Shown one piece after another: positions 20,701 to 27,872 of a stretch of 62,109 nt of DNA. A model generated the notes under the pieces. That model saw nothing but the letters and a program-made list of their open reading frames with translations. It was not told where the DNA came from and searched no databases. Location: assembly GCA_002482725.1 (NCBI GenBank), contig DLGO01000030.1, forward strand, positions 2,373 to 64,481, in the 5' to 3' direction. The stretch's first letter is position 1. Each line of letters begins with the position of its first letter. The DNA comes from Bacteroidetes bacterium UBA7692. Its GTDB lineage: Bacteria > Bacteroidota > Bacteroidia > Chitinophagales > LD1. The translations under genes were made by a program, and so were the position numbers.

Positions 20701-21888
20701 CCAGAGGCACTACCAGCAACGGTAAGCCATACAGAAGAGATCCCACAACCGACCGGTAACAGGCTTTATAAGTTGACTAATCATCTAGGTAGTGTACAAG
20801 CGGTGATAAGCGATTCCAAGATACCTGTAGGTAGTAGCACTACTCTCAATTACTATAAGCCCGATGTAATCATCATGAATGACTATTATAGTTTTGGGAT
20901 GGTCATGCCTGGAAGAAAATTGAATATGGGAGGATTGAGGTATGGATTTAATGGTCAGGAATTGGATAATGAAATTATTGGCGAAGGATCTATATATAAT
21001 TTTGGTTCAAGACTTTATGATTCAAGACGGGGCAATTGGATGACTCAAGATAAAAGTAAAGAAAAATTTGCCAGCTTTTCTCCTTATAATGGAATGTTAA
21101 ATAACCCTATCTTATTTTTAGATCCAGATGGAAATGAAGTAGCAGCGGCTACAAAACATTCTTTTGATTTAACCCAGTGTATTACAAGTCAAGGTGATTT
21201 AGGCATTACAACTGTTCAAAATCTTTTGCCTAAGTTTAATGAAACTACAAATAAGTATGACCTAATACTTGTAGTACTCATTAGAATGCATGAGGAATTG
21301 GATGTCGAAATTGAGACATCCACATTAAGGTCACTTAATCCTGGTATCGAAGATGATGTAGTATTGCATGAGCAGGGTCATAGAGATCAATTTTATGATG
21401 CCTTCATTTATACATCTTGGGAATTTGAGTATAGGGGTGAAATTTTCAAAGGTAAACTAGATATGATATTTAATGATATTGTTTCAAAATTTGGAATAAA
21501 AGATGAAATCACGATGGATAAGATATTATCTGAATTCATTAATTTAGCAAGCAATCTGGCAGAATCATGTGGTAATGATTTATATACCCATAGGGACGCA
21601 AATGCAAGAGCTAGAATTGAGCACCCCGAAATGGAACTTCCTTATTTGAATGGGAAGAAAGATGTTTTGTATCCAGATGAATCAGGTAAAATAAGGCCTT
21701 TACCCGAATCTCCAGAGGGTTATAAACCAGGACGATTTTTAGCAACTTCTCCGACTCCAAGTAATAATGGATCAGCGCCGAATGGCGGAGGTGGTGGATT
21801 CAATGGAGGTGGCGGATTCAATGAATGGTTCGATGGGGAAAGATTAAGGAAATTGAAAAAGATTTATTACGAATGGATGAATAATTAA
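11707..21888 (+). CDS. Giant RHS-repeat-associated-core polymorphic toxin (3393 aa) with C-terminal HExxH metallopeptidase-like domain
   Basis: Signal peptide; Fn3-like region; DUF6443-like segment (YFDGTMRNRQ...YDYFGRPAIQ); YD repeats 18811-20900; RHS core RYGFNGQELDNE...YNFGSRLYD...SPY....NNPILFLDPDG (DPDG at 21121-21132); ~250-aa C-terminus containing VVLHEQGH (21367-21381). Confidence 0.9.
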   Translation: MLLRILTFCFLSAIAMTVMGQEETVTVTSANYVTWTPCTTPCTGEVAFNTTGFTVPGISDNDAVAPYPYVLFTQKRGRVTLSVELNRNYFTADNFTVSVPINIEWLDDALVLHTETGTLTVEYFSDGTANVQGIDHYIVEGAVAMEVEVGAATILTGGVPLGYTPENIQLHTSIETVKNKYIFPDAPTVSSTPISRTDKGYLFSWSTYNPIWPNTTYQVEWLHTNDVNATSCVFEDNSSRVQVDGTAFLLPVIYGEGKLIARVRAVGYDPTDPKRLVYSDWSVPDVTNNQDGCYLITSGNAFEPGMNWDYSVAFDDNGKTTEAISYFDGTMRNRQNITRVNSEDKKTLVQSTIYDYFGRPAIQTLPAMDLDESTEHKLEFKDKFNRPEENSSVEYTFRNFDGDESTSLCGEKKEGEMHPDYGTDRYYTDNTIAGNENLPQSFRFPFSRTTFEKSPLNRPELSTLPGRDHTINSGRTTKYLRASAAGSPLRRLFGDEQLGSLDKYYVEGVIDANKTTYLSYKDENGRVVATSIAGEPATTAVSTAPDGEAFMNAITVKSDIISEYGSATIETDDCIRLHQSVYLPSETDYNLVYNLNETEYSDLACVPDFCYRCKYKLNFSIKNGCGEELITNENTLNQSIGTWDTTCLTGEERVNFDPEPIDISLHLTSGRYMITKRLCIDNSAVEQYTDHYVKNYECNNTYNDYLDSYLDNLAVEGCFPDCASCESFVGPYSKYNEENRRDEPGYIYLTTEQYNKVIERCSTACDRLDDIGDRCEDLLEKMKAQMRVGGQYAPKDANGALDKNNVYSVYYTGSGTPKLNILYNDASLNYITESGDGKVEIDGEDVDVHDLTPEQFVELMGKYTEWIDELVKAHPEYCKYEYCVNTPAVKNGLMYGELMERSSKYLNANSKGYLNPVDSYNPAGHTGIGSTIATNTASKDPYASQTTTMATKMNNINGASKTLWQESFAAGNGNLQLSNKGWAQFREYYLNERGLLLDAEFNTQVSGSSTCATWANNIEAQGTDFKAVFDFGTTMDEVQAAQGATVITPAGDFDEQAARNAANSANSANSIESCHDYIPYWQDKLAPCGLPAYDLDILVQNLEQICIAGYGQNGSPFGSTYTGAKKGILLTGYTSFEDAIGGKLKQLNIPWTTNCNPYMLNKPDVGLNTDYGSMAPLDKCACDSVNIYVYQFALMHASDSVPPTRVDLDEYLMAHIGMKFDSSLIPACRSMRAAATPLMNCEELANLYRQYLIREGLPLTTPFIKANMERFTTYVNQKKNALYTTEAVTTRLGECNDYFSGTRQPFLINEMKFDYWYDRFVVQYPVQPDLSITINATDFINYVDTSETPDYNGYGISLLTIGEVGGLYQKYILPTNILPLVTNLNTTAKLFNLALDAAPARVVMIDAGDSIPPVNPPGAGNCYLDSIVISYHNYDPELILEDSLINIYTHKSAVYNTHFANYTEFRIKNKTNKQLLINYNITETTGIDTIEVALSGTGMVDTFRGWEGSDAITIGGNTEPDMGADSVRFRLNVGVYIDSLWADSVSTQRFVAPLSANPTLSTNLNISTRYHCDSVPGDSYGMELHNYGSIPIDWSAVSQLTLLYPSDDETTIGNQVNHGEGFFTTSISPALKHLGVYSHLPIGILVPSDPPITDDSLLGASPALPYDTLSPPVSDFTNFARTYNGGEVYYSFAALDGFAGAANDTFDVDYTPIQYAEMINHSEPYYNPGVRHTNEVATDALRRFFNVAFAQGLVGRHITALNGYGDYFINEQLYPNWEGGCNPILTIPTVPVKTDKYDTVSTTAYYGMDTVDIVTVAMTRIDSTTDTVTIVINITTTDTLHDVHVSMIDTAAGTYNFERITADTIVDVLPGTLTIVHRYVANTGGPMQDGDTSSVVVEITGDSIVYSKQHTATYQAYRHYQNQLQLMVSDDCGHTNTFTINKTDTTIAWEDVDSIYRVIPDTTTDGPPVPMIVQEKQYMISATVIPQPSPPDTVIPLGPLTPTLVFNGGNGLVSTTVFTRKTRTPIAVTPKEIMVPARLTCPSSSCVNCARLDTLKKEFNALLVSKGQNHVVGNQDMYYPIFADYLEQKHNLTFPVEELMLFSDTCQSGRVVFVYPQLELLNELMDTVIRNWPGRIPGSVVPHIDFETGDASPAGTIFEYAEMGNFPAGVYTVAGAMGYMGDILACTPAFSHFWSELEDVAGNQMKIVLTGFFDECGSDMAMALVGPADSIDVDSITGIGPPYTLQKLALGTEPGDTLDVVYGQAMYMGTGHATHRAGFLVPESDIVLGSWQYDSTLVICSRRPSLNYPGLMDECLNAVLGLAKSSAIEDLEAFRRDLRKDFIAAYKKKCKADARESEKLETEHQRREYHFTLYYYDRAGNLVKTIPPAGVNLLADNVSTAVNTGHTMASKYTYDSRGKIRWKGDPDGARINYFHDQFGRMAASQTGRQADIEAGYDAYSYVIFDDAGRVGETGQITVPEEYALTEEIAYNNGDFEDWMAIGIKSEITRNYYKPEWPVPYNQDNMRNRVASVTYAEHDNDGHYDHATHYSYDEHGMVKLLVQEYPALEKFGRRYFTIEYEYNLVSSTSNKIIYQRDREDQWMHKFNYDAHGRLKKIETSTDGKIWYEDLEYNYYVNGLLKREEIGHNKVQGTDYAYTIQGLLKGVNSGSLNPEYDLGHDGENIVSRHGFIGRDAFGYNLGYYAYENGSNIYTDYHPITPNAFEPEMEDDYLDSALIAPQFNGNISRQTTALMKTDQAGADVIGHSYRYDYAGRLARSHTYLPGSATMQSANSWAGEAVTTKYKELYNYDLNGNIRKLNRAGDVGAMDELTYDYASGTNKLSRIDDVVSSSAYAIDIDDQSGTNYNYDADGNLIGDVTEGISNIKWSSYGKVKDINSINNLYYRYGTGGQRIMKMVTSSLGNEYTIYVHDANGNVIAVYSATSTEEDEVWNTVFKLKERHIYGYSKVGILKSDIELSNNCAAIPLEPSSPAITDIDYEEPEALPATVSHTEEIPQPTGNRLYKLTNHLGSVQAVISDSKIPVGSSTTLNYYKPDVIIMNDYYSFGMVMPGRKLNMGGLRYGFNGQELDNEIIGEGSIYNFGSRLYDSRRGNWMTQDKSKEKFASFSPYNGMLNNPILFLDPDGNEVAAATKHSFDLTQCITSQGDLGITTVQNLLPKFNETTNKYDLILVVLIRMHEELDVEIETSTLRSLNPGIEDDVVLHEQGHRDQFYDAFIYTSWEFEYRGEIFKGKLDMIFNDIVSKFGIKDEITMDKILSEFINLASNLAESCGNDLYTHRDANARARIEHPEMELPYLNGKKDVLYPDESGKIRPLPESPEGYKPGRFLATSPTPSNNGSAPNGGGGGFNGGGGFNEWFDGERLRKLKKIYYEWMNN

Positions 21889-21932
21889 TAATTGAAAAAG
21901 ATAAAGAGTTTAATAGTAATCTTAAATTAATG

Positions 21933-21940
21933 TAAATTTG
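21933..21940 (+). promoter_or_regulatory. Bacteroidota sigma-A -7 element (TAAATTTG) upstream of immunity gene
   Basis: Exact TAnnTTTG match 14 nt before ATG 21955. The -33 TTTG is not clear. Confidence 0.4.
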
Positions 21941-21954
21941 ATTGTATACTTGAA

Positions 21955-22530
21955 ATGCAAAGATTAATTTTTTTTATGTATAAAATTTTAGTGTTTTTTA
22001 TTAGTATTTCCCTTTTGATAATAGATTTAAAAAGTTATGCTAAACAATTCAATCTAATGTTAACTATCCAAGAAGGGAATTTAGGTATTAGTGATTCTTT
22101 AAAAAAATGCAAATATTGTAGTTCCAAAAAGATAGGAGTGATTGATTCAATTCCATCTTTTCATTTAATAAAGCATCTGAAGGGGTCTGAAGGTGGTATT
22201 GCAGATCGCATATTCAATATTTATTTAGACTCTTTAGAAAATTATAAAGAAAGCGATTCCCTTCCTCAATTCTTATTTAATATAAATTTTGATTCAGAAT
22301 ACTACTTTCTACTTTATGGTTTAAATCATTATTCCATACGCAAGCTATTGATTGATAGTACAGACAATCTTGTTGTTTTAAAAAAAATAATGAGTTCGGC
22401 ATATTTAGAATTTACAATACCTCCCAATCATACAGAGTTATATAGGAAAGTTAAAAAGCCATCTGATTATTCGAGCTATTCTTTAAAAGATTTAGTGAGA
22501 ATGAAATTAAAAAAAATAAAAGGTCAATGA
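21955..22530 (+). CDS. Putative cognate immunity protein (signal peptide/N-terminal TM)
   Basis: Small, very AT-rich ORF 66 nt downstream of the toxin stop, with a hydrophobic N-terminus. Standard toxin-immunity position. Confidence 0.6.
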   Translation: MQRLIFFMYKILVFFISISLLIIDLKSYAKQFNLMLTIQEGNLGISDSLKKCKYCSSKKIGVIDSIPSFHLIKHLKGSEGGIADRIFNIYLDSLENYKESDSLPQFLFNINFDSEYYFLLYGLNHYSIRKLLIDSTDNLVVLKKIMSSAYLEFTIPPNHTELYRKVKKPSDYSSYSLKDLVRMKLKKIKGQ

Positions 22531-22717
22531 AAAAATCATAGTTGAAAGGATATAGTACATCAATAGTCCATAATGGTGAGAAGTTGAATGTGCTGGCATT
22601 TGACCAAATATTAATTAAGGTCTATAAAAGATTCTAATGAGGCTAGTTTGGCAACTAGTGTCCACATTTGCGCTTTTAGATTAAAACCATCGATTGTGAA
22701 CTGTAAATATTGTTTAG

Positions 22718-22870
22718 AAGCATGCGCCATGTGTGGATTTTATAAAACCGGCAGTTTTTACAGTTACGCTTTTATTTAAGTTGGTAAGTGGAAAACTACC
22801 AGAAGTGAAATTACCTAAGTTGCTTCCTAAGATTAAAGGTTATGAGAGTTGTGGTTGTTTCGATTATTAA
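22718..22870 (+). pseudogene. Possible remnant of an alternative (orphan) toxin C-terminus
   Basis: Stop-to-stop frame KHAPCVDFIKPAVFTVTLLFKLVSGKLPEVKLPKLLPKIKGYESCGCFDY* with no clear start, ending 33 nt before the next immunity-like ORF. Confidence 0.3.
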
Positions 22871-22903
22871 ACAAATCGTCAATAGGGGAATAAAATAGGA
22901 ATT

Positions 22904-23883
22904 ATGATTACGGAAAAACCTTTTAAAAATGCATTTAGAAAAGTTGGTTTTTCTAACAAGGAAAAGTTAGTAGATTCTCTCATGGAGATTTTTAGTAAAA
23001 CTCAATTTCATTTTTTAAGGTATGCACTTTTCAAATACTCAGATACATTTTCCCTTAATCCTGATGTGAAAAATATTTTGTCTGACTCAATCAAGGAGGG
23101 AGATTTTTTTGTTTACGATTTTTATGAACCATTCCAAGGTGGAAGAGAACTATCAAATAAAGATATGGGTCTACGATCCTTTGTAGCTATGACTGAGGAA
23201 GAACAAAAAGAGTTTGATTCAAAAGAAGAGGAATTCAAGAATAAAATTGAAGACCAATTTTGGAACAATAAAGAGAATATTTCAAAGTATGAAGCTATAT
23301 CCTCTTTTGATGTTTATGAAATCAGAGAACCAAAGTCTAATAAAGAGAAGGCAATGAAAATATTTGATGATTTTGGAATTAATGGTGGAGGTCACAAAAA
23401 GAAAAGTAGTTTATTTAATGTAAATAATATCCTTAAATACTATCAGGATATAGTGAGCTTATTTTTTCCTGATTTTGTTCTAAGTAAAAAATTATCTTCA
23501 AAGACAATTAAACGCTTTACAAAAGACATTGGAAATGACTTGCTTTTAGGACTCTATCTTGATCTTGGTTTTATTTCCGGTGAATTAAAGCATATGTATT
23601 TTCAATTTCCTAGTATCAAAGTTGAATTAATAAGTAAAGAGCTAGAGTCACATGTGAATGAGCGTTTGTATGTTGTTGATCAATCAGAATATCCCATACT
23701 TAGGCTCTCCTATATGAATCATATAGGACTAGGAATTCATTTTCGATTAGGTGATTCAACCGAAAGCGGTGAAATGTATAAAAGGAAATCTTTTTTTATA
23801 TGAATATCTATTCATTTATAATGGACAAATACCTTGAATACATGGAAGATAATATAAATGAAATTGTAAATAAGGAGAAATAG
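22904..23883 (+). pseudogene. Orphan immunity-like protein, probably frameshifted near the 3' end
   Basis: AT-rich 299-aa ORF stops at 23803. An overlapping frame from 23782 reads KEIFFYMNIYSFIMDKYLEYMEDNINEIVNKEK* (stop 23881-23883). The junction lies in A4/T7 homopolymers. Confidence 0.5.
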
Positions 23884-24106
23884 ATTTTTTATATATTCTA
23901 TTCGGATAGCTGGGTTCTCTGAACCCCGGCTAACCCTCGCTCAACACCAACAGTCCTTTTCGGCTACCATAGAAATAGAATAGCAGGTAGATATAAACTG
24001 CCCCCCATACAACTCCAAAATCATAAGCGCCGGGTATACGCTCTTTGACATAGCGGTAAAACATACCGCAACAACTACCGCAGCCTATACCGGCAAAAGT
24101 ACCGCA

Positions 24107-24203
24107 TGTGGGCTGTGCGTTAGCGACAGAAGCGCATAGCCCGCAATGCAGCGCAGCGGAGTGAGGACTAGCAGCGGATGGCGCGACCCGCAGGGAAACG
24201 CCC
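24107..24203. repeat. GC-rich structured REP/MITE-like intergenic element
   Basis: Hairpin TGTGGGCTGTGCG...CGCATAGCCCGCA (G-U tolerant), followed by GCAGCGGATGGCGCGACCCGCAGGGAAACGCCC. Resembles dispersed intergenic repeats of Bacteroidota. Confidence 0.5.
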
Positions 24204-24278
24204 CGATGGATTTGTTTAATAATTAACCCGAAAAAGTACCGTCAATTTTACACCTTTGACCACCATATAAAAAGCAAG

Positions 24279-25526
24279 ATGAAAACCTGGTTACAAGTAC
24301 ACGCCGATTCTGATTTTAGTATATACAACCTGCCGTTTGGTATATTCCAAACGGGCGACCGCACCCCACGCGCGGGCATAGCCCTGGGCGATAAAATAAT
24401 AGACCTGAAAGCACTTGCAGAGCTGGGCTTTCTGGATGGTATCACTTTCGACAAAGCCGTGCTGGGCAATAAGGTGTTGAATGACTTTATAGCGCTGGGC
24501 AAGCCCGTAACTACTGCGGTAAGGCTGCGGGTGCAGGCACTGTTTACCCAAGGCAATACAGAGCTGCACGGCAATGCGGATGCAGAAGCAAAGGTGCTGG
24601 TAGATATATCGTCTGCTACCCTGCTGAAGCCCATTCATATACCTAACTATACCGATTTCTACTCCAGTATAGAGCATGCTACCAATGTGGGCAAAATGTT
24701 CCGCCCGGGTGGCGATGCGCTGCTGCCAAACTGGCTTCACCTGCCGGTGGGCTACCATGGTCGTGCATCCAGCATAGTGCTGAGCGGCACACCTATGCGC
24801 AGGCCAAAGGGACAGACCAAGGCAGACGACCAGCCGATGCCGTCTTTTGGGCCATCGCGCCTGTTGGATTTTGAGCTGGAGATGGGTTTTGTGGTAGGCA
24901 AGCCTACAGCCATGGGCGAAACCATAAGCGTGGAGCAGGCCGAGGAGCATATATTCGGCATGTTGCTGTTCAACGACTGGAGCGCGCGCGACATACAGAA
25001 ATGGGAGTATGTGCCGCTTGGGCCATTCCTGGGCAAGAACTTCGGTTCTACTATATCGCCATGGATAGTGACGCTCGAGGCATTGGAGCACTTCCGCGTA
25101 GCAGGCCCAAAGCAGGAGCCGGAAGTATTGCCCTACCTGCAATCGGCAGGTGAGCGCAACTACGATATACAGCTACAGGTAAGCATAAAGCCGGAGAACG
25201 GTGAAGAGAAAGTGGTATCGAACAGCAACTTCCGCTACATGTACTGGAATATGTGCCAGCAGCTGGCGCACCACACCGTAAATGGCTGCAATGTAGAGGT
25301 GGGCGACCTGTATGCCAGTGGTACCATCAGCGGGCACGAGCCGGATAGCTTTGGCAGTATGCTGGAGCTGACCTGGAGCGGCAAGAACCCCATACCTATG
25401 CCCGATGGCACAGAGCGCAAATTCATAGCCGACAACGATACCGTAACTATAAAGGGCTTCGGGCAAAAAGGCGATATACGCGTGGGCTTTGGCGAGTGCT
25501 CGGGCAAAATACTGCCGGCATCGTAA
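24279..25526 (+). CDS. fahA: Fumarylacetoacetase
   Basis: SDFSIYNLPFGIF, YTDFYSSIEHATNVG, YHGRASS, LDFELEMG, NDWSARDIQKWEYVPLGPF, SGTISG motifs. Confidence 0.96.
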   Translation: MKTWLQVHADSDFSIYNLPFGIFQTGDRTPRAGIALGDKIIDLKALAELGFLDGITFDKAVLGNKVLNDFIALGKPVTTAVRLRVQALFTQGNTELHGNADAEAKVLVDISSATLLKPIHIPNYTDFYSSIEHATNVGKMFRPGGDALLPNWLHLPVGYHGRASSIVLSGTPMRRPKGQTKADDQPMPSFGPSRLLDFELEMGFVVGKPTAMGETISVEQAEEHIFGMLLFNDWSARDIQKWEYVPLGPFLGKNFGSTISPWIVTLEALEHFRVAGPKQEPEVLPYLQSAGERNYDIQLQVSIKPENGEEKVVSNSNFRYMYWNMCQQLAHHTVNGCNVEVGDLYASGTISGHEPDSFGSMLELTWSGKNPIPMPDGTERKFIADNDTVTIKGFGQKGDIRVGFGECSGKILPAS

Positions 25527-25595
25527 AACTGCCCTGTGTACAATGCAGCGGGTAGTAGCACAAGGGGCAGTTTAGCGTTATTGGCAGCGATGATG

Positions 25596-25603
25596 TACCT
25601 TTG
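25596..25603 (+). promoter_or_regulatory. Bacteroidota -7 promoter element (TACCTTTG) for ruvB
   Basis: TAnnTTTG match 65 nt upstream of the ruvB ATG. Confidence 0.5.
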
Positions 25604-25668
25604 GGAGAATAAGATAATAGCTTGCGGCCATAGCCTGCGAGCAGCGATAATGAGATAAATAGTAGCAG

Positions 25669-26691
25669 ATGAATCCGAATTTAGAATCGAACAGGCCACC
25701 CATTACCTCCGACCAGGAGGTAGAGCGGGCATTGCGGCCAAAGCAGATAGCCGAGTTTACCGGGCAACCGCAGATAATAGAGAACCTTTTCATCTTTATA
25801 GGTGCGGCCAAAATGCGTGCCGAGGCATTGGATCACGTATTGCTGCATGGGCCTCCCGGCCTGGGCAAAACTACCCTTTCGCACATAGTGGCAAATGAGA
25901 TGGGTGTGGGCATAAAAGTAACCTCCGGCCCGGTACTGGAAAAGCCCGGCGACCTGGCAGGACTGCTGACCAATCTGGAGACAAATGATGTACTCTTCAT
26001 AGACGAAATACACCGCCTGAGCCCTGTGGTAGAGGAGTACCTCTACAGTGCCATGGAGGACTATAAGATAGATATAATGATAGACTCCGGGCCAAATGCG
26101 CGCTCGGTACAGATTACGCTCAATCCATTTACCCTGGTGGGTGCCACTACGCGCTCTGGCTTACTTACGGCACCATTGCGCTCGCGCTTTGGCATCACCT
26201 GCCGCATGGAGTATTACGATGCCGCAGTACTGAAAAAAATCATACAGCGCTCATCAGCCATACTGAACGTGGAGATAGAGGACAAGGCGGCATTTGAAAT
26301 AGCGCGCCGCAGCCGTGGCACACCGCGTATCGCCAACTTGTTGCTACGCAGGGTGCGCGACTTTGCCCAGGTAAAGGGCGATGGCACCATAACGCTTGCT
26401 ATAGCCAAGTATGCCCTGGAAGCATTAAATGTAGACCAGCACGGTCTGGATGAAATGGACAACAGGATACTATCGGCCATTATAGATAAATTTAAAGGAG
26501 GGCCTGTAGGCATCACCACCATAGCCACAGCTGTGGGCGAAGAGGCAGGCACACTGGAAGAAGTATATGAGCCATTCCTGATAAAGGAAGGGTTCCTGAA
26601 GCGTACACCGCGTGGCCGTGAAGCTACAGAAATAGCATACCGCCACCTGGGCAAAACACCACCGGCCAGCCTGAATACTTTATTTGAGTAG
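25669..26691 (+). CDS. ruvB: Holliday junction branch migration helicase RuvB
   Basis: LRP....[51 protein letters not shown]. Confidence 0.98.
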   Translation: MNPNLESNRPPITSDQEVERALRPKQIAEFTGQPQIIENLFIFIGAAKMRAEALDHVLLHGPPGLGKTTLSHIVANEMGVGIKVTSGPVLEKPGDLAGLLTNLETNDVLFIDEIHRLSPVVEEYLYSAMEDYKIDIMIDSGPNARSVQITLNPFTLVGATTRSGLLTAPLRSRFGITCRMEYYDAAVLKKIIQRSSAILNVEIEDKAAFEIARRSRGTPRIANLLLRRVRDFAQVKGDGTITLAIAKYALEALNVDQHGLDEMDNRILSAIIDKFKGGPVGITTIATAVGEEAGTLEEVYEPFLIKEGFLKRTPRGREATEIAYRHLGKTPPASLNTLFE

Positions 26692-26693
26692 GT

Positions 26694-27077
26694 CTACTTT
26701 ATCTTGATGCGGTCGCGCACTATAAAGGCACCCTGGTACAGGGTAATAACCTGATTGAGCGCGGCAGTGGCTTCCAGCCTTGTTTTGAAGTCGCCTATGC
26801 GCAGCTTGTAGCTGGGCTGCTCATACTCCACATACGATTGGTAGTCGGTAAACTCACCATACAGCTTAGCCTTGGCTTTGTACACCTCGTCGCGGTTGTT
26901 GGAGTAGCTTATCTGTATCCTGTAGCCCTGGCCGTATTCGTTCTTTTTCTGGTATTGGGTGTACTTTTCCACTACATCCGTTACCGCAGCACTCTGCTTC
27001 ACATCCTGCGCTTTGAGCGCAGTACAAAGGAAGCAGCACAATATTATAAGCCCTGATTTAAAACCACTTAGTTCCAT
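26694..27077 (-). CDS. SPOR-domain peptidoglycan-binding protein
   Basis: Signal peptide; GYRIQI...A......YEQPSYKLRIGDFKTRLEA...AFIVRD. Confidence 0.85.
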   Translation of the reverse strand: MELSGFKSGLIILCCFLCTALKAQDVKQSAAVTDVVEKYTQYQKKNEYGQGYRIQISYSNNRDEVYKAKAKLYGEFTDYQSYVEYEQPSYKLRIGDFKTRLEATAALNQVITLYQGAFIVRDRIKIK

Positions 27078-27080
27078 GTT

Positions 27081-27737
27081 CTATTCTCCTTCTTTTTCCA
27101 TCATACGCACCCCGCTGGAGGTACCAATCCTATCAGCCCCTGCGTTTATCAGTTCTATAGCAAAAGCCGCATCGCGTATGCCTCCGCTTGCTTTTATCTT
27201 AATAGACCTAGGCAGGTTGGCACGCAGCAGCTTTACCACTTCTACAGTAGCGCCCTGCTCCACAAATCCGGTAGATGTCTTCACAAAATCCACGCTCAGC
27301 TCGGTGCATAGCTTACAGGCAGTTATTATCTCTTCATCGGTAAGCAAGCCCGTTTCCAGTATCACCTTCAGCTTGCCACCGCGCAGTTGCACTATGGTAG
27401 CTGCACTGGTAAGTTCATTTTTCAAATAATTCATATCACCTGCTTTCAGCGCTATGATATTTATCACCATATCTATTTCATCTGCTCCTTCATCTATCGC
27501 CCTTCTGGCCTCCTCTACCTTGGCCGGCGTGTGCGCATAACCCAATGGAAAACCTACTACAGTGGCAATCTTTACGTTCGACTCCTTCAGCACCTGCTTG
27601 CACTTGCGTACAAAGTATGGCGGTATGCATATCGCCGCAAACCCAAAGCGCACCGCCTCCTCACATAGTTTCAGCACATCGGCTTCGCTGGTATCCGGCT
27701 TTAATATGGTATGGTCTATGTATGGAGCGAGATTCAA
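27081..27737 (-). CDS. deoC: Deoxyribose-phosphate aldolase
   Basis: IDHTILKP, VVGFPLG, GADEIDMVIN, KVILETG, FVKTSTGF, KASGGIR, RIGTS. Probable start is TTG at 27737, not the ORF-track start at 27848. Confidence 0.96.
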   Translation of the reverse strand: MNLAPYIDHTILKPDTSEADVLKLCEEAVRFGFAAICIPPYFVRKCKQVLKESNVKIATVVGFPLGYAHTPAKVEEARRAIDEGADEIDMVINIIALKAGDMNYLKNELTSAATIVQLRGGKLKVILETGLLTDEEIITACKLCTELSVDFVKTSTGFVEQGATVEVVKLLRANLPRSIKIKASGGIRDAAFAIELINAGADRIGTSSGVRMMEKEGE

Positions 27738-27872
27738 TGTCGTTAGTTTTGAGGTGTAATATAAAAGTATGTAACTGTAATGGCAAATGTTACTGAAGCA
27801 CATAAAATGGTGATGCTCAAAATATTCTCTATTTTCACACGTCAACAACCAATAAAAAGTAATATATCAAAC

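Noticed and set aside
505-21888. Interpretation as T6SS, CDI/two-partner secretion, T9SS cargo or classical ABC Tc toxin locus
   Set aside because: No VgrG/PAAR/Hcp, no POTRA-TpsB or haemagglutinin repeats, no C-terminal T9SS CTD on any protein, and no TcA-like gene in the locus.
24291-25142. 283-aa antisense ORF in fahA; likewise 28425..29432 opposite the TPM genes and 56537..57142 opposite xth
   Set aside because: Antisense shadows of conserved genes with no recognisable protein features.
27738-27872. Apparent overlap of deoC (ORF start 27848) and lemA (ORF start 27780)
   Set aside because: Artefact of longest-ORF calling. Homology-consistent starts are 27737 (TTG) and 27873 (ATG), leaving a divergent promoter gap.
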